Counted from the first letter of the stretch, positions 28,845 to 39,352 are shown. The stretch is DNA of 64,000 nucleotides from Gemmatimonadota bacterium (GCA_965116475.1 OZ220691.1:736001-800000); one strand, 5' to 3'. Made by a program: numbers and translations. Notes: generated from the sequence alone by a model not told the origin.

Positions 28845-30268
28845 CAGGCGTTCTCTCCGAAACGGGCTTCCAGTTCGTCGATGACCCGCTCGAGCCGGAC
28901 GCCGCGCGACCCCTTTACGAGCACGACCTCATCTCCCGCCAGGGCGTCCGCGAACGGGCGCACGGCCGCTTCGGGATCCTCCGCCCGGATCAGGGCGGGA
29001 CCGCGCAGGCCGTCGAACGGCGCGTCGCAGAAAAGGCCCGTGGCGGCGATGACATCGAACCCCGCGGCCCGTATCTCGTCGCCGATCTCCCGGTGCGCCG
29101 CCGCCTCCTGCGAACCGAGTTCGAGCATCGAGCCCGCGAAGACGGCGCGGCGCCGCCCGGGCAGCAGCCCGCGCGTCTGGGCGATCGCCGCGCGGAACGA
29201 ATCCGGGTTGGCGTTATAGCAGTCGGCCAGCACCGTCAGGCGCCCGATCCGGCGCAGCGCGCCGCGCAGGCCCAGGGGTTCGTAGCGCGACAGCCCCCGG
29301 GCGGCCGCGTCGGACGGCACCTCCAGCGATGCCGCCAGCGCCGCCGCGATCAGCGCGTCCCGCAGGTGATGCTCGCCGCCCACGCCCAGGGCGACACGCA
29401 TGCCGCCGCGGCGGAACTCGATCCGGTCCGCTTCGACCGTGTACGCCTCGGGTGCGAAGTCGGCCCCCGGTCCGAAGCCGGCCACGGTCGCGTCGGGCCG
29501 GTGGGCCCGGGCAGCCTCCGCGAGGAGGGCGGGTTCCTCTCCCACAATGAGCGCGCCGCGGCCCGTGGCGCCGTGCGCGAGCGCCATCTTCTCCCGCAGC
29601 ACGCCATTCACGTCGCCGAAGCACTCGAGGTGCGCGGAGCCGACGGTCGTGATCACGACGTGGTCCGGGCGGGCGATCTCCGCCAAGCGGGCGATCTCCC
29701 CGGGCTCGCTCGCGCCCACTTCCAGCACCCAGGCGTCCGCATCCGGAGGAGCGCGCAGGATCGTGAGCGGGAGCCCCACCTGGCTGTTGTAGTTCCCTTC
29801 GGTGCGGTATACGCGGCGTGATTCGGAGAGGGCGCAGGCAATCATCTCCTTCACCGTCGTCTTGCCCGAACTGCCCGTGATCGCCACGACCGTGGCGCCG
29901 GACTCGCGCCGCGCCCGGGCCGCGAGATCGCCGAGCGCCCTCAGCGGATCGGCGACCGTAAAGTACTCGATCCCCAGTGCCGGGTCTTCGCGTCCCGCGC
30001 GCACGATCGCGCCCGGCGCGCCCCGGGCCGCCGCCTGGGGGAGGAAGTCGGCTGCATCGTGCCGAGCCCCGGCGAGCGCCACGAACAGCTCGCCGGGCTT
30101 CAGCGTCCTCGAATCGCACGAGACGCCCGTGTACGCGCCCGCTTCGAAGCCGCCGGCGCCCCCGGCACCCCCGGCACCCCCGGCGCCCCCTGCGCCCCCG
30201 GTGTCGAGGCCGAGGGCCGCCCGAATCCAGTCCGAGCGCAACGCCGGCGCCTGCGTGGCCGCCGTCAC
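28844..30268 (-). CDS. murF: UDP-N-acetylmuramoyl-tripeptide--D-alanyl-D-alanine ligase
   Basis: DSRTLKPG, TGSSGKTTVKE, DCYNANPDS, VLVKGSRG. Confidence 0.94.
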   Translation of the reverse strand: MTAATQAPALRSDWIRAALGLDTGGAGGAGGAGGAGGAGGFEAGAYTGVSCDSRTLKPGELFVALAGARHDAADFLPQAAARGAPGAIVRAGREDPALGIEYFTVADPLRALGDLAARARRESGATVVAITGSSGKTTVKEMIACALSESRRVYRTEGNYNSQVGLPLTILRAPPDADAWVLEVGASEPGEIARLAEIARPDHVVITTVGSAHLECFGDVNGVLREKMALAHGATGRGALIVGEEPALLAEAARAHRPDATVAGFGPGADFAPEAYTVEADRIEFRRGGMRVALGVGGEHHLRDALIAAALAASLEVPSDAAARGLSRYEPLGLRGALRRIGRLTVLADCYNANPDSFRAAIAQTRGLLPGRRRAVFAGSMLELGSQEAAAHREIGDEIRAAGFDVIAATGLFCDAPFDGLRGPALIRAEDPEAAVRPFADALAGDEVVLVKGSRGVRLERVIDELEARFGENA

Positions 30269-31761
30269 GCCGCCCCTCCGCGGAGCCCGGACGCGCCGGG
30301 AAGCGCCGGGAGGAGGTCCTCCACGATCCGGCGTTCGTCGAAAGGCAGCCGCTTCTCGCCGATGACCTGGTACGTCTCGTGGCCCTTGCCGAGGAGCGCG
30401 ACCGCGTCGGCCGGCCCCGCCTCGGCGAGCCCGCGCGCGATCGCCGCCCGTCGGTCGACGACGATCTCGTAGCTGTCCGGCTGGAGCCCGGCGACCATCT
30501 GACGGCAGATCTCCGACGGGTCTTCCGACCGGGGATTGTCGCTCGTGACGATGGCGACATCCGCCAGGCGGGTCAGGATGCTCCCCATCTGCGCCCGTTT
30601 GCCCGGGTCCCGGTCGCCGCCGCAGCCCAGGAGGGCGATGACCCGGCCCGGCACGATCGCCCGCAATGAGGACAGCGCCCGCTCGCACGAATCCGGGTTG
30701 TGCGCGAAATCGCGGATCACGAGCACCGGCTCCCGCGAGAGCACTTCCATGCGCCCGGGCACGGGAGGCGCCGCCGAGAGTCGCGCGGCGATCCGTTCGA
30801 GCGGCATGCCGAGGCCCCACGCGATGGCGGCGGCCGCGAGGGCGTTCCGCACGTTGAAATCGGCGGGAAGCGGAAGCGACACGGCGGCGGCTTCACCGGG
30901 CGCGCGCAGCGTGAAGCGCGCCCCCCCGGGGTGGAGGGCGAGCCGATCCGGCCACACGTCGGCCGTCGACTCGAAACCATAGCGGAGCGTGGTGGCGTTC
31001 GGCGGCGCGATCCCCTTCCAGGCAGGTTCGTCGTCGTTCACCGCGCAGACCCCACCCGGCGCAAGCAGATCGAGCAGGCGCAGCTTGGCTTCCCGATACG
31101 CCTTGAGATCGGGGTGATACTCGAGGTGTTCGCGACTGAAACTCGTGAACGCCACGCCGTCGAACGAGCAACCATCGGCCCGGCGCTGGTCGAGCGCGTG
31201 CGAGGAAACCTCGAGCACCGCCGCCTCGGCGCCCTCCGTCCGCAGAGCGGCCAGTTCGAGGGCCAGATCGATCGGATCGGGCGTCGTCAGCCCCGGGTCC
31301 CCGATCTCGCCGTCGATGGATACGGTGCCCAGGGTGCCCAGCGCCGCGGCGGGTCCCACATCGTCCAGGATCCAGCGCGTGAGCCACGCGGTGGTCGACT
31401 TCCCGTTGGTTCCGGTGATGCCGATGAGACGGAGCGCGTCGCCGGGGTCGCCGGCGAAGAGGGCGGCGAGATGGGAGACGGCCGCCCGGGCGTCGCGGAC
31501 GGCGAGTTGCGGCAGGTCGACATCGGCGGCGCGCTCGACGACGGCGGCGCCGGCCCCGGCACGGTGCGCGGCTTCGACGAACGCGTGGCCGTCAACGCGC
31601 GTCCCCGGGATCGCGCAGAAGAGGTCGCCGGCGCCGACCCGGCGGGAGTCCGAACGCAACGCGGGGAACGCCGCGGGAGGCACCCCTCTCCACCGCGGCT
31701 CGAGGCCCGCTTCGTCAAGCCTGCGCTCGACCTGTCGATTCGTCGTTGTCTGCTGCGGCAA
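30265..31761 (-). CDS. murE: UDP-N-acetylmuramoyl-dipeptide--2,6-diaminopimelate ligase
   Basis: DSRRV, TGTNGKST, EVSSH, GDRDPGKR, DNPR (meso-DAP-type motif), GKGHE. Start uncertain (TTG 31761). Confidence 0.93.
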   Translation of the reverse strand: MPQQTTTNRQVERRLDEAGLEPRWRGVPPAAFPALRSDSRRVGAGDLFCAIPGTRVDGHAFVEAAHRAGAGAAVVERAADVDLPQLAVRDARAAVSHLAALFAGDPGDALRLIGITGTNGKSTTAWLTRWILDDVGPAAALGTLGTVSIDGEIGDPGLTTPDPIDLALELAALRTEGAEAAVLEVSSHALDQRRADGCSFDGVAFTSFSREHLEYHPDLKAYREAKLRLLDLLAPGGVCAVNDDEPAWKGIAPPNATTLRYGFESTADVWPDRLALHPGGARFTLRAPGEAAAVSLPLPADFNVRNALAAAAIAWGLGMPLERIAARLSAAPPVPGRMEVLSREPVLVIRDFAHNPDSCERALSSLRAIVPGRVIALLGCGGDRDPGKRAQMGSILTRLADVAIVTSDNPRSEDPSEICRQMVAGLQPDSYEIVVDRRAAIARGLAEAGPADAVALLGKGHETYQVIGEKRLPFDERRIVEDLLPALPGASGLRGGAA

Positions 31762-31823
31762 AGTCCGGTGGTTAACCTCCCTCCAATCTTGTATTCCCGA
31801 GACCCGCCCCGGTTCACGCGAGG

Positions 31824-33848
31824 CTATCTCAGCACGACGGTCGCGCCCCGGGACACCGCGCTCCCGGGCGCGGGGTTCTGTCCCGCGACCCGCCCCTGGC
31901 CGCGCCATTCCACGCGGAGGCCGAGCGCGTGCAGGCGCGCGGCGGCCGCCCGGGCGGACAGTCCCGCCAGGTCCGGCAGCGCGATGGCGCTTCTGCCGCT
32001 CGTGTCGGCGCCGTCGGCCGTGCCGGCCGCGCCCGTCCCGCTGGAGGCGAAGATGACGGCTCCTTCCGGCGGGCCGTCCGCCGGTCCGCCGGACCACGGC
32101 CGGGGACGGGCGTCGGCGACGACCAGCCGCGGATCCACCTGCACGCCATCGGCCGCGAGCGCCGCCCTGAGGGTCGCCTGGCTGGTGGGCGCCGCGATCG
32201 CGCCCCCGTAGTACACGCCCCCCTTCGGGTCTTCGAGTCGCGTGAGGATGACGATCCTCGGGTCGTCCGCCGGCGCGAACCCGATGAAGGAGGCGCGGTA
32301 GCGTCCGGGTGCGTAACGGCCGTTCACCGCGAGGCGGGCCGTGCCCGTCTTCCCGGCCACCGCGAACTGCGCCATGCTCGCGAGCGTGCCCGTACCCTCC
32401 CGTACGACCTCCTCCAGCACGCCGCGCACCGCCGCCGCCACCTCCTCGGATATGACGCGCCGCACGGGACTGGGGTCGAAGCGCTGCACGAGGCGCCCCA
32501 ACGGGTCGCGTATCTCCCGGACGAGCCGCGGCCGCATCAGCACGCCGCCGTTCGCGATGGCGCCGTAGGCAATGGCGAGCTGCAGCGACGTGGCGGAGAT
32601 CTCGTACCCGATCGCGTGCGAAGCGGGGCTGAGCGAGGTCCACGACTCCGGCCGGCTGAGGCGTCCCGGCGACTCGGACAGATACCCCAGCTGCGTGCGC
32701 ATGCCGAAACCGAAGTCCCGCAGGTAGCGGTGCTGAACCGCGGGCGTCAGACGGGCGGACAGCTTCGCGGCCCCCACGTTGCTCGACTTGGAGATGATCC
32801 CGCGCACGCTGAGCGTGTCGTAACCGTGGACGTCCGAGATCACCCTCGAGCCGATCCGCAGCCGGCCGTCCTCCACATCCACGATCTCTTCCAGATCGAC
32901 GACACCCTCGCTGAGGAGGGACGCGAGCAGGAACGGCTTCAGCGTGGAGCCGGGTTCGTACGGATCGCCCAGGCCCGAAATCTGGTCGGCCGCCCCGTCG
33001 GCGCGTTCGCTCGCGAGCGCGAGAATCTCGCCGGTACGCGGGTCGAGAAGGACGATGTCGCCCCCGCCCGCCCCCGTCTTCGCGATCGCGCGCGCGAGCT
33101 CGTTCTCGGCGATCCGCTGCAGTTCGGCGTCGAGCGTGAGCACGACATCGTGGCCGGGCACCGCCTCGACGACCTGACCGCCGGGCGGGCGGTACGCGTT
33201 GCGATGGCCGTCGAGCCGGACCTCCGCACGGCCGGGCTCGCCGACCAGCCAGCTGTCGAGGTCGGCTTCGAGGCCCGTTCCGCCCCGGCCATCGGACCCC
33301 ACGGCGCCGATGAGACGCCGGCCCATGCTGCGGGGGTATTCCCTCGCCGACCGGCTCTCGAAGTAGATGCCCCGTCCGATCGTCCGCTGCAGCCGTACAC
33401 GCTCTTCGTCACTCACGTCGCTCGCGACGAGAGACCAGCCGCCCGCGGCCTCCGCTACGGCGCTCCGCCGCTCCGCCCCGACGGGGACGACCGAGGCGAC
33501 GGCCTCGATGGCCTCGGCCCGGTCCACGCGCAGTTCGTCCACGGCGAGGAAAGCCTGGTATCGCGTGTCCGGCGCCGCGAGGACGCGGCCGTGGCGATCC
33601 AGAATCCGCCCGCGCACCGCGGGCAGCAGTTCCCACTCCGCGCTCTGCGCGACCTGTCTCGCGCGGTGCGCTTCGCTCTCGAGGATCTGGAGGTCGCCCA
33701 GGCGCACGGCATAGGCCAGCGCAACGACGGTGAACGCGATGCCCAGCGCGCGATGCCGGATGCGCTGCGTACGTGCGAGCGCCGCCTCCTGCGCATCGCC
33801 CGCCGCGCCTTCGAGCTGCGTCGTGCTGTGAATGCCGAAACGCGTCAC
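31824..33848 (-). CDS. ftsI: Class B penicillin-binding protein FtsI with C-terminal PASTA-like domain
   Basis: RGRILDR, EPGSTLK (SxxK), SSN (SxN), GKTGT (KTG). Confidence 0.92.
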   Translation of the reverse strand: MTRFGIHSTTQLEGAAGDAQEAALARTQRIRHRALGIAFTVVALAYAVRLGDLQILESEAHRARQVAQSAEWELLPAVRGRILDRHGRVLAAPDTRYQAFLAVDELRVDRAEAIEAVASVVPVGAERRSAVAEAAGGWSLVASDVSDEERVRLQRTIGRGIYFESRSAREYPRSMGRRLIGAVGSDGRGGTGLEADLDSWLVGEPGRAEVRLDGHRNAYRPPGGQVVEAVPGHDVVLTLDAELQRIAENELARAIAKTGAGGGDIVLLDPRTGEILALASERADGAADQISGLGDPYEPGSTLKPFLLASLLSEGVVDLEEIVDVEDGRLRIGSRVISDVHGYDTLSVRGIISKSSNVGAAKLSARLTPAVQHRYLRDFGFGMRTQLGYLSESPGRLSRPESWTSLSPASHAIGYEISATSLQLAIAYGAIANGGVLMRPRLVREIRDPLGRLVQRFDPSPVRRVISEEVAAAVRGVLEEVVREGTGTLASMAQFAVAGKTGTARLAVNGRYAPGRYRASFIGFAPADDPRIVILTRLEDPKGGVYYGGAIAAPTSQATLRAALAADGVQVDPRLVVADARPRPWSGGPADGPPEGAVIFASSGTGAAGTADGADTSGRSAIALPDLAGLSARAAAARLHALGLRVEWRGQGRVAGQNPAPGSAVSRGATVVLR

Positions 33849-34231
33849 CCGTCCCCTCCCCTGTCGGAGACCTCCGTCTCCTCTTCATCCGGCGCATATC
33901 CGGCGTCGACTCCGGCGTCGACCTGCAGCAGCTGCTCTTCGCCGGCCCGCTGCAGCCCGAGCGCCTCCGCCGCGAGTTCTATGCGCGCCGGCGCCGCGAG
34001 CGAATCGACGCTCGTCCGCGCCGCGTCGATCCGGTCCGTGACGATCCGGTCCTCCGCTTCGAGGCCGCGAAGCTCGGCCATCAGCCTCCGCCCTTCCTCG
34101 CCCCGGCGGACCACGCTCACCAGCGAAGCCGCCAGCGCGAGGACTGCCGCCGCGGCCGTCATCCACCGTACCAGGGTCCTGCGGCGGACCCTCCGTACGC
34201 TCCCGCTCCGTTGGTTCACGCGCTGGTTCAT
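33845..34231 (-). CDS. ftsL: FtsL-like cell division protein
   Basis: Basic N-terminus, single TM, coiled coil; canonical position between rsmH and ftsI. Confidence 0.72.
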   Translation of the reverse strand: MNQRVNQRSGSVRRVRRRTLVRWMTAAAAVLALAASLVSVVRRGEEGRRLMAELRGLEAEDRIVTDRIDAARTSVDSLAAPARIELAAEALGLQRAGEEQLLQVDAGVDAGYAPDEEETEVSDRGGDG

Positions 34232-35202
34232 GCGCCGCCCGCCCGCTCGTCCGTCCCGCGCTTCTCCCACACTCGGAGTCGCGCGCTGCGCGCCCGCGAA
34301 TTCCGGGCCACCTCCTCGGCCGAGGGGCGCAGGGGCCGGCGCGTCAGCGTCCGCCCCAGCGACGTTCCCCGACACCGGCACTCCGGGAGACCCGGAGGAC
34401 AAAGGCAGTCGGCGGACCAGCTTCGGAACGCGTCCTTCACCAACCGGTCTTCGAGCGAGTGGTACGAGAGCACCGTCAACCGCCCGCCCGGAGCGAGCCG
34501 GCCTCGTATCCCTTCGAGACCCTCGCTCAGCGCCGCCAGCTCGTCGTTGACCGCGATCCGGAGCGCCTGGAACAGCCTGGCCTTCTGCTTCTCCTGCGCC
34601 GAACGACCCAGCACCGCCGACAGCGCGGCCACGAGGTCGTCGCTCGTGCTGAAGGGCCGGATCTTCCTCCTCCGCACCACCTCACGTGAGAGCGTCCGCC
34701 ACCTACGCTCTTCCCCATCGCGGAAGACCCGGCCCAACTCGCGTTCGTCCGCCCGATTCAACAACTCGGCCGCGGACCCTGTCTCGCGCGCTGTCTTGTC
34801 CATCCGATCGTCCATCCGCATTCGCAGCGGCGTGCCCGGACGGAACGAAAACCCGCGCTCCTTCGTGTCGATCTGGTGCGACGAGACGCCCAGGTCCATC
34901 AGCGCTCCCGTCAGACCGTCCATCTCGGCGGCGAACTCCGGACGAGCCACGTCCCTGAAGTTCGCCTGTATCAGCTTCACCCGTTCGCCCGCCGAGGCGA
35001 GCCGCCGCTTCGCGGCCTCGATCGCCTCCGCATCCTGATCGATCCCGATCACGCGCACGGCCGATCCAGCCTCCAGCAGCCGGATCGCATGCCCCGCACC
35101 GCCGACCGTCGCATCCAGGAAAACGCCTCCACACTCCGGGCGAAGCCACCGCAGCACCTCATCCGGCATAACCGGCGTGTGCCGAAACGTCTCCTCTGTC
35201 AC
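34228..35202 (-). CDS. rsmH: 16S rRNA m4C1402 methyltransferase
   Basis: HTPVM, DATVGGAGH, DLGVSSHQID, RLFQALRIAVN, YHSLEDR, RARSARLR. Confidence 0.95.
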   Translation of the reverse strand: MTEETFRHTPVMPDEVLRWLRPECGGVFLDATVGGAGHAIRLLEAGSAVRVIGIDQDAEAIEAAKRRLASAGERVKLIQANFRDVARPEFAAEMDGLTGALMDLGVSSHQIDTKERGFSFRPGTPLRMRMDDRMDKTARETGSAAELLNRADERELGRVFRDGEERRWRTLSREVVRRRKIRPFSTSDDLVAALSAVLGRSAQEKQKARLFQALRIAVNDELAALSEGLEGIRGRLAPGGRLTVLSYHSLEDRLVKDAFRSWSADCLCPPGLPECRCRGTSLGRTLTRRPLRPSAEEVARNSRARSARLRVWEKRGTDERAGGA

Positions 35203-35251
35203 TCCGTCGGCTTCCTCGACTCCCCCCACCGTGCCGCGATCGGAAAACCCA

Positions 35252-35683
35252 TCAGGCGAACACCGTCTCTATCAATCGATCGAAGTCCTCGTCCGTCGCA
35301 CTCGTCACGCGCTCGAACGTCTCCGGCTTCCAGATCTGGACGTGGTTGATCGCGCCCACGACCAGAGCCTCGCTTCCGAGCGCGACCGCCTTTCTCATCC
35401 TCTCCGGGACCAGGATCCTTCCCTGCGCGTCCGGCGAGACCTGAACGGCGTCCGCCGTGACACGAAGCACCTGGGGGCGAAAGCGCGGTTCCCGTCTCGA
35501 CATCTCCCGGAGTTCGTCCTGCACGTCTGCCCAGGCCTCTTCCGGATAGAGCGAAAGCGCGTCGGGTTGTGTTTGGAGGAGGACGAACGGCTCCCGCTCC
35601 CGGCCCCTTCGAAAAGGCGCCGGCAGGCTGACCCGACCCTGCGCGTCGAGTTGATGTCGATAACTCCCCAGAAACCCTGGCAA
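35252..35683 (-). CDS. mraZ: Transcriptional regulator MraZ
   Basis: FLGSYRHQLDAQGRVSLPA and DAQGRILVP repeats; heads the dcw cluster; TTG start. Confidence 0.93.
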   Translation of the reverse strand: MPGFLGSYRHQLDAQGRVSLPAPFRRGREREPFVLLQTQPDALSLYPEEAWADVQDELREMSRREPRFRPQVLRVTADAVQVSPDAQGRILVPERMRKAVALGSEALVVGAINHVQIWKPETFERVTSATDEDFDRLIETVFA

Positions 35684-35716
35684 ATCGTGCCTTCGACATT
35701 CTTCAAGGGTGTCCCT

Positions 35717-35804
35717 CCCAGAACGACCCGTTTCCACCCACCGGATCCCACCTTACACACACTAGTGATGGGTGTCAACCCCTTTTCTCCCCATTCTTCC
35801 CCAT
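35717..35804 (-). promoter_or_regulatory. dcw promoter (TTGACA-17-TAAGGT) flanked by 10-bp-spaced GTGGG-like MraZ boxes
   Basis: -35 at 35778-35773, -10 at 35755-35750. Downstream boxes GTGGG, GTGGG, ACGGG, CTGGG at 35751, 35741, 35731, 35721; upstream ATGGG, ATGGG, AAGGG at 35804, 35794, 35784. Confidence 0.8.
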
Positions 35805-35813
35805 CGCGAGGAC

Positions 35814-35852
35814 AAAAAAAAGAAACCCGACCCGCAGCGAAGCGGGTCGGGT
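35814..35852 (-). terminator. Rho-independent terminator after the TPR gene
   Basis: 11-bp stem ACCCGACCCGC/GCGGGTCGGGT followed on the minus strand by TTCTTTTTTTT. Confidence 0.85.
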
Positions 35853-35862
35853 CCCCCGGAAA

Positions 35863-37656
35863 TCATCGGCTGCAGGACGCCTCGATAATCGACTCCTGCC
35901 GGTACAGCTGGATATCGATCGACTCGCGGATCTGCTGCTGGCTCCCGGCCTGGTAGCTTCCCGCCTGTCCCAGGTGGCCACTCACGCGCTGAAAGGCGTT
36001 GAGCGCGCTGCGCGCCGGCGCGCACGCCTCGTCGGCCTCGTTCCGGCTATCGTACGCGCTTCCCTGCAGGTAGTAGCCGAACGCGCTGAAGAAGTGAATC
36101 TGCTCCGCCGTGGCCGGATCCTGGACGAACTCCGAGGCGACGGCGAACAGTTCGAGCGCCGTGGCGATCTCGCCCACATCGATGGAGGCCGGGTTCGACT
36201 GCGCGGCGCCGGACTGGGCCTCGAAGTAATTCGCGTACGACAGGCTGAAGATCGCCTGGGCGATCTGATTCGCGTCCGCCCCGTTCTCCACGGCGGCACG
36301 GAAATCGGCGATCGCCCCCTCGACGTCGCCGGTCTTCAGCTTGAGCTGCGCGAGGCGCTGCCGTCCGTTGGGCACGTTCGGGTTGTACGCGAGCGCCTGC
36401 TCCAGCTCCGCCACGCCCATCTCAGGATTCTCCATTCGATCGTGGATCGTGGCGCGAGAGGAGTGCACCTGGGCGAGCAGGTCCTCGCGGGACATCTCGC
36501 CTTCGCCGCTGCCGTCGGAACTCGAAATCGCCTCGAGCGCCTGATCCGAGAACGCCAGCGCGTCGGCGTACTCCTCGAGGAGCATGTACGCGTTCGTCGC
36601 GTTGGAGAGCGTCGAGGGGTTCACGGCGTCGCCCTGCAGCTCCACGAGCTTGCCCGAAGCATCGACGGCGACGCGAACCATGGCGGGATCGGTGACGGCC
36701 CCATCGGTCTGTCCGGCCTGCAGGGCCACGGCCGTCAGGTACTCGAGCAGACCCACGTTGTCCGGCGCGCGCTCCACCCCGTCCTGGAGGAGCTGCACCG
36801 TCTCGGTCCAGCGCTCGGCCTGCGTGAGCTCGTAGGCGATCCGCAGCCGCGTGTCCACGTCGTCCGGCCGGAAGTCGAGAAACCGCTGGTAGTAGCGCAG
36901 CGACGCGGCGCCGTCGCCCAGCTGCGCGTACGTGAACGCGAGGGATTCCAGGGCGTCGGTGTCCGACGGGTTGTTGTCGACAACGCGCTGCAGGTCCGCG
37001 GCGGCATCGCCCCACGCCTCGTTGAGCATGTGCGCGCGGCCGCGCAGGTAGTGTGCCCGGTCGCTGGCCGGGTTGAGCGCCAGGGCCGCGTTGCAGTTGG
37101 AGATCGCGTCCATGGGCTGTTCGGAGGCGAGGTAGTCGCCGCAGAACGCGAGCGAACGGAGGTACTCGACGCCCTGCCCGAGCTGTCCCATGATCTGGGT
37201 GCCCGCCTCCTCGTGGGAGTCGTCGTCTGCCACCGTGAACGCCACCATCGGGAGTTGGTCCCCGCTGTTGGGCTCGAGGAAGATGACATCGACCTCAACC
37301 CCGCCGGCGACCTCGACCGCCGTCCCGACCATGACGAGGGCGGCGTTCATCTGCATCCCCAACTGCTGCCACTCGATGCGGGTCATCGTTCGCTCATCGA
37401 GATCGTAATCGTCGATCAGGTCGCGGGCATCGTCGCGGTCGATGGCGATGTAGCCGGGGAAGATCTGGAGCCCATCCCGGATTTCTTCGGCGATGCGCTC
37501 CCCGAAACGGCGGTCGACCGGCTCGGTCACCGCGACGGGGGCGACCAGGATCAGCAGGTCGCTCGTCTGCGCTTCGAGCGCCCGCGGCGCCGCCGGAAGG
37601 GAGAGGACGGCGACCCCGGCCGCCACCCACGGGAGAATGTTCCGCGTGCTTCTCAT
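35863..37656 (-). CDS. Exported tetratricopeptide repeat protein
   Basis: Signal peptide, several TPR-like helical repeats (ALALNP..AHYLRG, ALAYNPN), Cys pairs. Confidence 0.8.
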   Translation of the reverse strand: MRSTRNILPWVAAGVAVLSLPAAPRALEAQTSDLLILVAPVAVTEPVDRRFGERIAEEIRDGLQIFPGYIAIDRDDARDLIDDYDLDERTMTRIEWQQLGMQMNAALVMVGTAVEVAGGVEVDVIFLEPNSGDQLPMVAFTVADDDSHEEAGTQIMGQLGQGVEYLRSLAFCGDYLASEQPMDAISNCNAALALNPASDRAHYLRGRAHMLNEAWGDAAADLQRVVDNNPSDTDALESLAFTYAQLGDGAASLRYYQRFLDFRPDDVDTRLRIAYELTQAERWTETVQLLQDGVERAPDNVGLLEYLTAVALQAGQTDGAVTDPAMVRVAVDASGKLVELQGDAVNPSTLSNATNAYMLLEEYADALAFSDQALEAISSSDGSGEGEMSREDLLAQVHSSRATIHDRMENPEMGVAELEQALAYNPNVPNGRQRLAQLKLKTGDVEGAIADFRAAVENGADANQIAQAIFSLSYANYFEAQSGAAQSNPASIDVGEIATALELFAVASEFVQDPATAEQIHFFSAFGYYLQGSAYDSRNEADEACAPARSALNAFQRVSGHLGQAGSYQAGSQQQIRESIDIQLYRQESIIEASCSR

Positions 37657-37811
37657 GGAGTACCTCGGACCGTTCGTGCAACAGACGGCGCACGGATCAC
37701 AGGGCCGCGCGCCACGCCAACACCGGTATCACTTCGAAACAAGGGGCTCAAGGTCGATTAATGCAAGCTGCCGCCGTGCGCAAGTCGCACGCCACGGCCA
37801 CGCTCCGCCGA

Positions 37812-38279
37812 TCACTGCGCCAGCTTCTCACGCACACATCCCGTGAAGCGGTTGAACATAACATTCGAGACCGATTGAATCACGCCGCCGCGCCCGAACG
37901 ACGCGAGCCGCCCCGTCAGCGCGATGGACTGCGACACCCATATCCGGGTCCCGCCGCCACCCTCCTCTTCTACAGACTGGAGATGGCTCAACATCGTCAT
38001 TCTCACGTTGCCGCTGCCCCGCCGATCCCGCCCCTCCCCCGTCATCTTCATGTGGTGGCGCCGCGCGTCGAGTTCGTCGAAGCGGATCTCGCCCAGGAAG
38101 CGCGTCCCGATGGGGCCGAGCTTCAGCCCGATCTCGCCCCGGTACGTGCGCTCGTCGACCGCTTCGAGGAGCGTCGCCCCCGGCAGGCACTCGACGATGC
38201 GCTCGGGATCCGTCAGAAAGCTCCAGACCTCGTCCACGGACTGCGGGACATCGAAACTCTTTTCTATCTCGATCGCCAT
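37812..38279 (-). CDS. SRPBCC family protein, CoxG-like
   Basis: VWSFLTDPERIVECLPGA, GRLASFGRG. Confidence 0.82.
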   Translation of the reverse strand: MAIEIEKSFDVPQSVDEVWSFLTDPERIVECLPGATLLEAVDERTYRGEIGLKLGPIGTRFLGEIRFDELDARRHHMKMTGEGRDRRGSGNVRMTMLSHLQSVEEEGGGGTRIWVSQSIALTGRLASFGRGGVIQSVSNVMFNRFTGCVREKLAQ

Positions 38280-38467
38280 CTTCGATCCTCGGGGGTTGGC
38301 GTGTGCCACGGAGTGGAGCCGGACGGGGACGGATCACCGATCGGCGGGCCGCGTCGGGCGTTGTCTCCGGGGGAGCGGTTATATTGCCGGGAGCGGCTCT
38401 ACCGCGGATCGGCTTCCACCGGAAGCTGAGACGGCCGCGTCGCACCCGCAACCGGGAGGTCGCCGCC

Positions 38468-39352
38468 TTGCAACCCGACATCGCGAAGATCATCGAGGAG
38501 CTCGAAGCGGCGGGCTACATCGCCGACCGGGGGATCGCGACGGCGGTCCATCTCGGCCTCGCCATGGAGAAGCCCCTCCTCGTCGAGGGGGCCGCCGGCG
38601 TGGGCAAGACCGAGATCGCCAAGGCGGTCGCCACCTGGCTCGGAGCGGAGCTCATTCGCCTCCAGTGCTACGAGGGGCTCGACCTTCCCACGGCCCTGTA
38701 CGAGTGGAACTACCAGAAGCAGCTCCTCCACATCCGCCTGCAGGACGGCGGCGGCGATGCGGAGGCGGTGCAGCGCACGATCTTCGGGCCGGACTTCCTT
38801 CTCGAGCGGCCGCTCCTGCGCGCGATTCGCTGCGAGGCGCGGCCGGTCCTTCTCATCGACGAGGTGGACCGGGCGGACGAGGAGTTCGAGGCCTTCCTGC
38901 TCGAGTTGCTGTCGGACTTCCAGGTCTCGATCCCGGAACTGGGCACGGTCGAGGCCCGGACGCGACCGGTCGTCGTGCTCACCTCGAACGGGACGCGCGA
39001 GCTGTCGGACGCGCTGCGGCGGCGCTGCCTCTACCTGTGGATCGACTATCCCGATGCGGCGCGGGAGGTCGAGATCCTGCGGCGGCGGCGCCCGGACATC
39101 GCCGCCGCCCGGGCGCGGGAGGCGGTGAAGCTGGCGCAGCGGCTGCGGCGCGAGCGGCTCGCGAAGCCCCCCGGCGTCGCGGAGACGCTGGATTTCGCGG
39201 CGGCCCTCGAACACCTGGGACCGGAGCCGCTGCGTGCGGCGGCCGCGCGCGACGCGATCGGGGCGCTCGTGAAGGACCCGAACGACCTTGCCGGGCTCAC
39301 GGAGGAGCGGCTGGGCGAACTGCTCGCCTCGGCGGGGGACGGGGGGAGTTGA
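38468..39352 (+). CDS. MoxR-family AAA+ ATPase, CoxD-like
   Basis: GAAGVGKT, RLQCYEGLD, YEWNYQKQ, LIDEVDRADEEFEA, ALRRRCL; GGGAGG before TTG. Confidence 0.9.
   Translation: MQPDIAKIIEELEAAGYIADRGIATAVHLGLAMEKPLLVEGAAGVGKTEIAKAVATWLGAELIRLQCYEGLDLPTALYEWNYQKQLLHIRLQDGGGDAEAVQRTIFGPDFLLERPLLRAIRCEARPVLLIDEVDRADEEFEAFLLELLSDFQVSIPELGTVEARTRPVVVLTSNGTRELSDALRRRCLYLWIDYPDAAREVEILRRRRPDIAAARAREAVKLAQRLRRERLAKPPGVAETLDFAAALEHLGPEPLRAAAARDAIGALVKDPNDLAGLTEERLGELLASAGDGGS

Noticed and set aside
35684..35862. RNase P RNA or other ncRNA upstream of mraZ
   Set aside because: The region is short and explained by terminator, promoter and MraZ boxes; no rnpB signature.
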